Below, piece by piece: positions 25,286-36,733 of a stretch of 64,000 nt of DNA. Position numbers and translations under genes: made by a program. This DNA is from Daphnia carinata (Eukaryota), in contig NC_081333.1 of the NCBI RefSeq assembly GCF_022539665.2, positions 7,750,001-7,814,000 on the forward strand, given 5' to 3'. Below the pieces are notes generated by a model that was not told where the DNA came from, made no database searches, and saw only the letters and a list, made by a program, of their open reading frames with translations. Within the stretch, counting starts at the first letter, position 1; every line of letters begins with the position of its first letter.

Positions 25286-28200
25286 TCAAACGACAATCTC
25301 CAATCCCGTACTACTCGTCGTGCTCCCGGTGCTTATGGGAGTGCTGTACTGCACTACCGAAGGCGTACTGTACTGATGTTCAGTCACGGCCGTAGCGTTG
25401 GCCGATGATTTCTGATTCCGCTGGACGACGCTCAATTCTTTGACTGTCTGGCCAAGTCGGGGAGGAACTGTACAATATGCGCTGTAAACATCCTGAGCCC
25501 CTCCACCAGTCGCTTGGTGATGATGTCGATGTGGACGCATCAAATATTGGATTTGTCCAGCAGTCGATCCAGCGCAGATGGGAGAGCCACCGAGTCGCTT
25601 GACGATCCGCTTGCCCGTCCCGATAGCAGAGCCTCTTACCGTCCCGGTACCACTAGCGGCACCGGCCGGAAGTGGGCGTGTTTGCGGCTGATTAGCATTG
25701 ACCAGCCAAGCCTGGACGTAATTCCACGGCGACGGGTCCGTGTTCTCCGACAAGAGACGCTCCATGCTCGGAATGCGAATTGGCGGCGGCCAAGTTGTGT
25801 ACGTGGCGTCCGAGTCCAAGCTGCTGGTGGACGAGCCGTCGATGGAGCCGCTAGAACACGACGATGAAAGCGAACGTCTTCCTCCGGTGCACGTGACTTC
25901 CGTGTCCGACGGATAATTGGTGCTGCACATGGACGTCTCCAGTTGTTGATTGCGAGCCACGAGGCAAGTGGCCTTGTGACGCGACGGAAGCGTTTTGGAT
26001 TTGACTCCGCTAGCCGTCGCCGCTTTTTTGGCCGCCATCGTTTGGCGTTTGCTCCGAACGCAGTTGGTCAACAACGGATCGTGAGCTCCGAGGCACTTGG
26101 CGCATCTGATCTGCAATTGGGGCTTGCCGGCGTCCGTGTCCGCGGTGGTGAACAAGCCGTGACTCAATCGGCCGGAAGAATTCCGGCCACCGCTCGTCAA
26201 CGTTCCGCTCTTAGAGATGGCGTTCTCTTTAATGAGGATGCCCATTCCATAATCGTCAAAGATGCGGCAATGACAAGCTCCTTTAGAGCCACGCGGTTTA
26301 CATCCGTGATGATTCTGATGAGTCCGGTGGCGACGACGATGACGGCCAGTCGTGTGGGCGGATCTGATTGCCGTTTTGCAAACTCCTCCTCGCAACGCGG
26401 ACGATCGTGCTGATTTGATCATCAGAGACGATCCAAAGGAAGAGTTCCGGCGGAGCAATCGCGGAGTGGACGATAGCGGACAGCCGGATAAATAAGGCCG
26501 TTTCACCATGCCTTCCAGCTGTTGAGTTAGAATAGCTGAAGTCTTCGTCAGGCCGGCTGTGCCTATGGTTTTAGCCATGCGGTACGAATTCTGACTGGCC
26601 GTGAATGTGCTGGGATCTCTGAAAGGACTCGCTTGGTGGCTTCTGTGCTGGCCAGCAATCGGGTGAGTGACAGCTGGACTGGAAGAAGAAGCGATCAATG
26701 CACCACCATTACCACTGATGGCAACGTTGTAAAGCGGAGGGCTCGGACACGATCCTGATCCGCTTCCGGGACCCATCGTCAACGCTCCATCCATCGTGTT
26801 TGTATTGCGGCTGTTGGACGATTCGTCGTCGCAGACACTGATGGCCCTCTCCCAGGTAGTCTCTGGCGGCGGAGGTGGAGGCGGTTCCATCGGCGGATGA
26901 CTGTGATTAGCCGCCATGTTAAGTGCTGCTTGTGTCAAGCGCGTCGTCGTCGTTCGCGGCGGGTGAACTTGAGCTACGACGGTACGCACTTCGCGTTGCT
27001 GGACGACAGAACAAGGCGGAATAAAAGGCCCAGCACTGATCGGTTTCAAAGACGACGTGTTGGATGAAGAAGCGGACAGCGACGTCGAATCGGAAGCCGT
27101 GAAATTGGTCCGGTTGGAAGTCAACGTCGCTGATGAACTCGATGATGAAGCGGACACTTCCTCATCGGGCCCTTGCGTCGAAGCGACAACACACAAGACA
27201 CCCAAAGTTAAAGCGGCCGTGCAAGTGGCTAATGTCGTCAGACGGGCAACGGGAAGCACAAGGATGGAAGGCGGAGCGAAATGGAACCACAGGGTCAGCA
27301 TGGCCGCATTCTCAACGCCGCTGATGCCGTAGTAGAGAGCAACAGCCACGGAACGGGGTTCGCCTCCCAATCCGACCACATCCAGCCATGATCCGACAGC
27401 CGGAACGATAGCCGCTGGATTGACAGCCTTATGACTGGCACTCCAACCGGAGTGTTTGGGCTGATAGCGCGGTGGCCAGTCAAAGACTAAAAGATAGGCA
27501 ACTAAAGCCCGCCGGAAGAGCGAAACAGCTGGAGAAGGAGGAGCCGTAGCGTATCCGGAATGCGGCAATTCCGAAGCTGAATCTTGCAAGACCAACCAGA
27601 GTAGCGTGATGCACCAATGAACACCGAACACGATCAGCGTCCAGACGTGGAATTCCGTCATGAAAACGCCGACGGCGACGGTCCGGCACCAGAGCAAACA
27701 AATACTGCGGACGGCCGTGATTGTGCATTGATGGCCGCTGCATCCGCGCTCTTCCTTCTGGCGAAGCCGAGATGGGAAAGCTGCAATCATTTTCTCTTCA
27801 TCGGAGCATTTGACGCTGGACGTGGCCAGCGGAGGAGGTGATGGAGCGGCTGCGATGATTCCGCTCGTCGGCATGGACAAGACCAACGTCGTCAAGGCGA
27901 TCGTCGTCCCGGCAACGACCAATTGAGTGATGGCCAGTCCGATTGGAACGGCAGTCACGTCCGCGTTGAGCAATCCGTGCTGGTAGATGAGACAAGTCTG
28001 CAAGAGCAGCGAAGGCAGCGTTTGCAAGTGAACCTGTGAAGTTAATAAGAAACAATTAAATTGAATGTCGTTTTAACGTTGAGCTAAGTTTTAGAATTAA
28101 ATTAAAAGATTTATTCATCCGGCATCGTTGGCCGGATTCCTCGAAATTCTGGACTTGTCTATAGTGCCGCCTACTCGCTTAGAATAAATAACGAAGTCCG

Positions 28201-29027
28201 TCTAGATATATGTATTGTATTATGATGCAAGATTTTTTTTTTTGAAGTTTTTTGGGTTTTTTCTTGAGTTTTTTGGAACCCCTTTTAAGGGTCTGGACAT
28301 AACATTTTTTTTTTTTTCTCGACCCAATGAAAAACTTTTCCTTTTTCTTTCTCTCTACCCTTGTCCTCGCTAAACATTTTCTAGCTGTCCTATTTCTTTT
28401 TTGTACTATGTGTTTGGTGTGTGTAAACTGTTCGAACTCGACTCTTTATGCGTTTCGTGAGGTCATAAAACTTCGACAAATAAATATTTAAGAAAAAAAA
28501 AAAAAAAAACACAAAAAAGAGAGGCAGTGGAACTATGTTGCGTGTACGCAACAGGTCCGGCAACCCCTCAAAAAACCCCAAAGTCTTTCCAATAAATAAT
28601 AAAAAGCAAATTTCGCTTCGGTTTTTCCTACCTGGACGAATCTGAGCAGTGCGAACTCTCGTAAATCGGTGCGGTCATAGAGGAAGGTCAGCTTGAGGAA
28701 TCGCCAGACGATGCCGAGCAGGGAGAAGTGCATAACGTAGCAGAGGCACTGGCCGAACCACCTGTCGGCAAAGTCGAGGCCGCGCCGGACGCCGATGATG
28801 CTGGCCGCGTTGATGATGGCGACGGTGGCCGTGAGCAAAGCGGCCAGACCGGCCGCCCAGCGCGTCGTCAGCTGCCAATAGTGATGGATCAGGTAGATCT
28901 GCAAGGCCGTCTCCAGGACGTGACCCAAGACGAGGAGGACGCTGATCCATCGGTACGTGTGTTGCGGAGCAGTTGCGGCCACTTTAGCGCCATCAACGGC
29001 CGAAGTTGAACTATTGATTTTCTTCAT
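25286..29027 (-). CDS. Divergent XK-related membrane protein with a long Ser/Thr/Pro/Gly-rich C-terminal tail, 2 coding exons, about 1047 aa
   Basis: Exon 29027-28632 (CAG|GTAG donor, phase 0) joins exon 28033-25286 (acceptor ...TTCACAG|GTT), a 2748 nt open frame. It aligns by eye with the neighbouring XK gene: MHFSLLGIVWRF vs MHLAGIGVLWRY; LLRFVQVHLQTLPSLLLQ vs MLRLVHAFIEAAPMLLVQ; LWCRTVAVGVF...FGVHW vs VTSRAIALTVY...IGLHW; YYGISGVENAAMLTLW vs FYVTMFLENTLLVAVW. A splice acceptor upstream at 29184 marks a spliced 5' UTR. Confidence 0.8.
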
Positions 29028-32000
29028 CTTGGAATTTCGTTTGCGTGTCTACGTGTGTGTATGAGTGTGTCTGTGTGTGTGCGTTGATGATGATGTTTTT
29101 ACGATGACGGCAAGTACCGGTATGGCGTTAGACCGCCTGAAGAGTCAGTCCAGCAGCAGCACGATCCAGTCACGATGGATAAACTGAAAAGAAAGAGAAA
29201 ACAAAACTGATTAATTACCACCATTTCTACACGGGGCATTATTCTATTTCAACTCCGAAAAGAAGGATGGGAAACACAACGCCCCGTAGTATCTCGGGTG
29301 TAATAAGATAATAGAAGCCGGTGGTGCATCGTCATTCAATCCGAAAAAGTTCGGTTTCGTTAAGTTTTTCCCTTTGCCACACAATTTCTACACGCTGTCC
29401 ATCGTGATAGGCTTAATGGTGATCGATGCGAGTGCCTTCCTCTTTAACAAGCCTTTGCGTGTCGAGACGACCTTTAATCATAAAAGAGGGAGGCGGGGCG
29501 CAAACGAACCGAAGAGTTTTAGAACACAAAAAAAAGAGAGGAAACAAGGACAGACAGATTGAAAAAAAAAAGAAATGATTATTACTTTAACTAAACAAAC
29601 AAACAACCACCTGTCATTATTATCAACTTGAGGGGCCAGTGGTTTGTTTCTTTTCAATCCCTTCCTGCTTTTCACCACTCAAACGAAATGAGCTGCCGGG
29701 GTTTCCAGCAGTCCCATACATTTATGGAGAATTATTAAAGAATTCCTCCCACCTATCTCTCAACAGATGTTCTTATTACATCATTGCAAATGAAGTAAAA
29801 AGTCTTAATTTGACTTGATGATAGCAAAGAACTGGCCCATTGCCCAAACGAAATTCCATCCTCTTCGCATTTTTTTTTTTGTTCACATCCGCAACGTATG
29901 CATATGAGGGGGGGGGGGGATATACCCAACATCCCGACAGCAAAAAGAACCCAAGATTTAAAATTTCTTTTGCCCAAAAAGAAGGGGAGCTGGAACGCGG
30001 GGTGTGATGTGCCCGTTAAAATCAGGAATTCCTTCCTTCGTTCTCTCTGTACGAGGCGCATAGCGGGGCGCCTCGACCTGGCCTTCCCTCCGAACAGTTT
30101 CAAAAAAGCCAACAGGTGCCATCGTCTTCGTTATCATGAGGAGAGGGAAGGGAGAGGGAGGGAGGATGAAGGAGCATTCCGACTTGTTGCTCCGTCTTTC
30201 CACTAGCGTGTTGCGTCTAAATGCTGCAGGGGGTTCGCTGACGCTTCATCACACGTGCTTTTGTTGCCAGGGTCCCTCATTTCCATCATCATCGCTCTTT
30301 TATTATCTCAGGAGATGAGATGAGGGAGGGCGAGAGTTAGTCTCTTCGTCTCTCACAAGTGGTCATCATCAACGAGAAAAAGGAAAAGAAAAAAACGAAG
30401 AAACAATACATCTAATCCGGAGGTGTCAGACAGCTTTCTAGCTACCGTTATTACACGGAACTGTCACTTTTGTCGTACGCGGACGTGATGAATTAATGAC
30501 CTTCCGTCTTCATCGCCCTTTTTTTCGTGCTCTTTTTTTTTTTTTTTTTGTTTCTTTTTTCTTGCTGACTCAACTACGACGCCATGAATCTTCGTCTTGA
30601 TGCTTGTTTTGATTTTTCTATCTTCTTGTTTGGAGATTTTTTTTTTGTTTCTCTTATCACGCATTTATTGTTTTAGTTTTATTTTTCATTTGTTGTCGAC
30701 ATAGTTTTTCCTTTTTTTTTTTGTTTGTATATAAGCGATTGAATTTCGAGACGACAGAAGAAACTATAATGTATTCTGTAAGGTTTCACCCTGTAGCGCC
30801 TGGGCTTTCTTACGGGAAAATAATATACACAAAAAGGGCCAGTCGAAATTGTATATAGCAGGGGGGGGGGGGGGGGGGGTCGTACGATGTACCTTCATTT
30901 CTCTCTTCCGTCTGTATGTGTGTATATATATATATATATATAGAAGATTAGAATTTAAAAAAAAATAAAAAGACCGAAGGGAAAAACAATTAACTTTAAC
31001 TAAAGGAGAACAACAACAAAAATGAGCATGAAGAAGTCGTAAAGAAAAAGAGAAAAATAAACCATCCGTCGACACATGAACTCCGGCCGCTGGCCATCAG
31101 TCTGTTTTTTGTTTTTTTCCTACACCGCGTGTCTTCACACACAGAGAAAAAGATGTGTTTTTTCAGCTTAAAAATTTCAAATAGCGAAAATAATGTCGTT
31201 CAAAACGAAATGATTAACGATCGCATTCATTGCGGTTTCTTTTGACTCGAATGGTTGAAAATCCTTTTTCGTGTGTAGGGGTAGGGAGAGAAGGAAACAA
31301 GCGTCGATGTATCGTAAACGAAAAAGAGAGAGATGCTGTGTGTTGTGTCGCTTTGATTGATCGAGTCTAATTGGCCGAGGGTGTTCTTTGCCTTGTCGAG
31401 CAAGACCGACCACTTTGTATATTTGGTGGCCAGGTTGTTGTCCTTCGTGACACACGCAATCGATTCGATTTCTCGGGCCGACCTTTTCTTTTGTTTTGTT
31501 TTTTCTTATTCGTTTTCTATATATATTTTGTTTTTCTTCTTTTTTTTTCCATCCCTTCGTCTTGCTGTTTAAATTCTCTGTTTCGCTTTCGGGCTTTGTC
31601 CTAACTGTTCAGACAGACCCATCTCGTACGAAACGGGCAAAAGATAAAAAAAAAAAAAAAAAGAAAATGAAAAGGAAAGAAGAAGGAGATGGAAAGAGGT
31701 AAAGGAAAAAAAGATAAAAGAAAATCCGGCGAGTTGATCAATGATTCAATGTCAAGGTGCGGGAGAGAGACCGATGTTATAAACAATCGCCGCCGCTCTG
31801 GCCGACGACGTATAAGACAAGCAAGACAACAAACCAGTTTCTCCTTATGGTTTAGAACGATTCGTATTTATTATTATGATTATATATATATTTTTTTTCT
31901 TTTAAAGTAGAAAAAAAAAAAATGCGCACGAAGAAAAAGACAATACAAATTCCTTCTAGTTGTTTTTTCTTTCATTATTAATGTGTTTATTATTAACTAT

Positions 32001-35000
32001 CTCGAAAAGAAGAATGAAAAAATTAACGGGAAAAGAATAAGCTAGATTCTGCAGACGTCAGCAAATGTTAAGAATGCGTATGCAAATGAATTGGAAAAAA
32101 AGGTCGCTGTTAGATAATCAGGTGATATGACCGGTGAGGGGAGGCTGGTCGAATGTCAATCATCCGTTCGTAGAAAAATGTGTTGTTTTTTTTCCTTCGC
32201 ATTTTAACCGATTGAATTAGCATAAATAAGCGATCGTTTGCAACATTTGCCTCAAAAACATTTATGGCAATGCAATAATGGAAACCAACAAAACCGGGGC
32301 AATTGCACCATGGCAAAGAATGGACAATTAAAGAGTCATTCTTCTAATCTCTTTTCCATTTACCTGTTTCCGCGTATCTATTTTTTTTTTTCAACATATA
32401 GCGGAATTCTCTATTTTCATTTGATTCTATAGAGACGCATTCTAGCCAGTGATGCCAGGTGTAAGAAGACTCAAAAAAAAAAAAAAGGATGGCATTCACA
32501 TTTTGAAGAAAAAAATAAATAAATAAAATGAATAAAAATACTATTTATTATTATAGGTGCGTTTCTTTCGGCTATTCAAATAGCCGAATCGTCCTTGCCG
32601 CGCCTGTGTCTTCTGGCGTTATTATAATAGTGGACATTCTCTGTACAGACAGCTGTATATATATATATATATATTTTTTTTTAGTACGATGACGACTCTT
32701 CTAAAAAAAAAAATCAAGGCCCGAGTCATTGGATGTAAATCAACAAGAGAAAGACAAGGGATCCTTGATGCTCTTTTAGTTAAAGAAATACATAAAAAAA
32801 ATTGTGAAGCGGAGAGTCAACATTACGTGCGACAGTCAAAGTCGAGGAATGCAAAAATAGAGTTGGTTTAAATGCTGAACGTCCTGTTTTGTTTCTTCTA
32901 TTTCAGCTGCCTCTTCCCAGAGTTTTTAGTTTGAATTGAACTAAGCAAAACTCTCAGGTAACGACGAAAAGGGGAAAAAAGAAAAGCTGACTATTGTTAC
33001 AGGTGTGCTAAGGCTGCTTTTATTCTTCTCAGGGCCTGTATGGCCTCGACAATTCTCAATTGTTCAGAGCCACTCAGCTGGGCCACCCTCCTATACCCCG
33101 TGGGCCGCTTTTCTCCGCATTTCGGACTATACATCATCATGACTATGGTGTCCGCATGGATTGTACTGTAACAAAACCACGGTACATAAGATACTGCGCA
33201 TTATAATAATAAATAGCAACCGTGTGCGCTCGGGTCGCAACATTAAAGGACACGGAACCGTTTGAAAAAAAAAAGGGAACTCAATCGTTGAAAAGGAATC
33301 ACACGCACAAAACGAAAATTGTACCCAAAAAGGTGGGAAGGATAAAAAAAAAAAAAATGGGGGGAGGAAAAGGGTATAGAAGTTTGGGCGGAGTTTTGTG
33401 CGAGCGAACCCCAACAGCAAATTCAAAGGGGACAGGTGTGACAATATCCAAGGGAAGAATTCCTCTCTTCAACCGTTACCAGGAAAGGGAGAAAAATAAC
33501 ACGGACACAACGTGGGACTAGAGAAAATGTTGGAGGGGAGTTTATCAAACGGAAACGAGTTAAAGAGTAGTAAAAAAAAAAAAACGATAGAGAGAGAGAG
33601 GTAAAATGAAATAAAGGAGCTAGTTATGTATACGACATTGGGTTTCTTACACGGTACGTACAAACTGTACTGCGACAGAGGAGTTTGTGTATCTACGGAG
33701 ACGAGTTGTTAAGAGGAAAAAAAAAGGCCTTTTTTTGAATCGTACATGTCTATAAAATAGGAAGAAAAAAAAAATATTTTTTTTACACCCAAAAAGAAAA
33801 AAAAACAGTCGGAGGAAAATGTCTGCCGTGAGCGATTCGTAAAGGAAGGGGAAAAAAAATAGGGAGTTTTATTTTTCTTTAAAAAAAAAAAATAAATAAA
33901 AGGTAAAAAAGAGAGAAGGATGGCAGGGGGTCTCCTGTCCACTTGGCAACGTCCGTGGAAATACCTTTGTCATAAGCGCTCAGCTATATAGAGGCAACAT
34001 ATTTCCCTTCAACTTATTTTTTTTTCTTCTTCTTCTTCTTCGTCTTCTTCCTTTTTGTTTAAAATAAAAGTTTGAAACAAAAAAAAAAAGAAAGAAAAGA
34101 AAAATAGAAGGAACGAAAGATGAGGAGGCTCCTTCTTTAAATGTTGTGTTCCCCTTATTTTTCTTTTTTCTTTTCCAGGCAAGAAAGATGAAAACCCAAA
34201 GTAGAAAAGTACCCAAGAATAAAAAAAAAAAAAAAAGAAATGCCATAGACACAATACAAGGTCCACTCATTTTCTATTTCTTTTCACTTTGACAATCGAT
34301 CCTGGCGATCGGAAAACCTGTCGATTCCATTCCGATGGCCCAGCTCATGCACTGACTGGAGTTTTCTGCTTCGTCCCCATTTCTTAAAAGCAAGGGGGGG
34401 GGTACCCCTGTGTCCTTTTACCTGCGCTAAGTGCAGTAGTGGAGCACACACTTAACGACATTTCAAATAGCGCGCGCACGCTCGCCCAAGGAAATTTGTC
34501 CGCGGTGGGGGTAAAGGTGCCCCCCCCCCTCATCTCTAGAGCGTCATCGTTGAAGAAACTCGTAAATCCTAATTTGCGCGACTGATTCAATTATTATAGC
34601 TCAAGGCGAAGATAGAAAAAAAAAAAGAAAACGAAAATATGGGCAAAAAACGCACGCCAACTCAAAAATAGGCAAACGAGATAAAAAAAAAAAGGGAAAG
34701 ATAAATGTGTATGTTATGTAGAAGAAGAAGAAGAAGAAGAAAAATAAAGATCGGAAAAAGAGAGAGAGGATGCTTGAAGAAAAAAAAAAAAAAGGAGGAG
34801 GGAACATACGGCGAGAGAGATAAGCTCCGGAATGTTATTTTTATTTTCTTCTCTTTTGGTTATTTTTTTTTTCTTCTTCTTCTTCTTCTGGTTGGGGCTT
34901 CAGAAGGGGCCACCATCGCCGGGTGTTCCGGATAGGTGCGCCGCAAGGTCGAGACCTTCGACATACGCACCGGAGCGTTATATACGTGTGTAGAACCGAG

Positions 35001-36227
35001 AGTTTGTTATACACGGTACAACACACACATGGAGAGAGAGAGAGAAAGAGAGATAGGACGTACGAGAAATCAAACAAGAAAGTAAAGCGAGAAATAGACA
35101 ACATTCGAAAAGTTATACGCAGAGCATGAGATGACGTGTGATTGGCAGTTCAAGCAGGAAGAGGGAAATAGCCACCCCTAACGCCAGGTGTGTACTGATA
35201 CCCAACCATCTGACAAGAAAATACGTATATAGTCTAAAATAATAAAGACTATGTTTTTCTCTCTCTCCCTCTCTTTCTTCGTAATTCTTGTTTTTTTGAG
35301 TATTTTTAAGTTGAAAGAGTCTTTTTCGACTTTGTTTGGTATAAGAAAACGGATCGAGATTAGAAGGTCCCGGACAGCGACAGACCTATATCAACGTGTG
35401 TTACGATGTACAAATTTTTTTTTTTCCCCCTCCAAGACAAGCGGGTGAAACATAACAAGAGGAATGGATAGAAAATAAAGATATGGGGGTGGGAGACGTT
35501 TTTTTTTTTTTTGTCTTTCTTGACATTCAAATTGATGTACCTATTCAGGTTGAATTTCCTTTAACCTTGGCATGAAATTCGCATGGCTAAAAAAAAAAAA
35601 AAAAAATGAAACATCCGCCTGGATAAAAGCCACGTAATGGTACTGTAGTCGATTATTATTGTTTTCTTTCTTGGAAAGAGAGGCAGGGTGATCTTTTTAT
35701 TTTATTATTTTTTTTTTTTACCTGAGTTTTTTACTCTTCCCCTACACTATGGAGAACATACCCCCCGTTTTAAACGTGCACACGCGGGGGCGTAGTAGAT
35801 TTAACGATTTTTTTTTTCCTCCAAAGAAATAACAAAACATAAATACTAGAAAATTAGTTTTTTCCCTTTACTTTTTCTTTCTTTACAATACATCATCCCT
35901 TTTTTTTTTCTTTTTTGTTTTAATTTGTTTTTACGATCTCAACGGACTCTGAGGAACATTCCTTGGCTGCTGGCGATTGGCGCCCGCGCTGAACGACCGA
36001 GGCGCACGCGTTGTCAAACATGGAACGAACGCACACAAAAATACTCTCTCCTTGTTTTTTTTTTGTGTTTTTTTTTTTTTCATTCTTAGTTAAGGCGAAT
36101 GATGCTGCGCAATATATACAGACGTAGCTATGCTTTCGCTCGATAGCCAACGCGAAATGAAAGTTTAGAAAGAAAAAAAAACAAACGAGAGTACACATCG
36201 ATTTAAATAGCAAAGACATTTTCTTAC

Positions 36228-36733
36228 CTGTTGATCGGTGATAGGCCGCATGAGGTAGCCGGTTGAAAGGGTCACCGGCGGATAAGGAACACTTCCGTTT
36301 TGTGTATACGAAATTCAAACGGAGAATGAAAAACAGGGGGGAAAACCAAAGTTGATTTGCGATTGAATTATCCGAATTGGGCAAAGCAGAAGATTATGAA
36401 CGAACGAAAATGGATTGTGCGATCTCTTGGCGCATGTTATCTATCCACCACCACTTCCATCAGTTCCTTACTGGATGATGGCAATTTTCAATTGAAAAAC
36501 AAAAAATTCACTTTCACGCACGTTGCAACAGGTGTCAAGCAATTGTTTCAATAGCGTCTGTTACTGTTGGCACTGAACTATTAAACTCTTGTCTCTTGTC
36601 TTTTGAATGTTTGAAAAAAAAAAAAGACGGCGATGCAAAAATGTGTTTCTTTAACCAACTGAAAGAAATGAAAATGGTTTTTGAAGAGAGCGGCAGGTGC
36701 ATGCTAACGGGGCGGTGGTCTGTCCCCAACTGA
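36228..36733 (-). promoter_or_regulatory. Candidate promoter and non-coding first exon of the divergent XK-like gene
   Basis: Minus-strand Inr TCAGTT at 36728-36733, a (GA)n tract about 70-90 bp upstream (about 36800-36822) and a consensus donor CAG|GTAAG (exon end 36228). This could splice to the acceptor at 29184 through an intron of about 7 kb. Inference only; no transcript evidence. Confidence 0.35.

Noticed and set aside
25514..27841. Plus-strand ORFs (25514..25867, 25943..26413, 27057..27332, 27617..27841) over the long minus-strand exon
   Set aside because: They are shadow ORFs of GC-rich coding sequence on the opposite strand.
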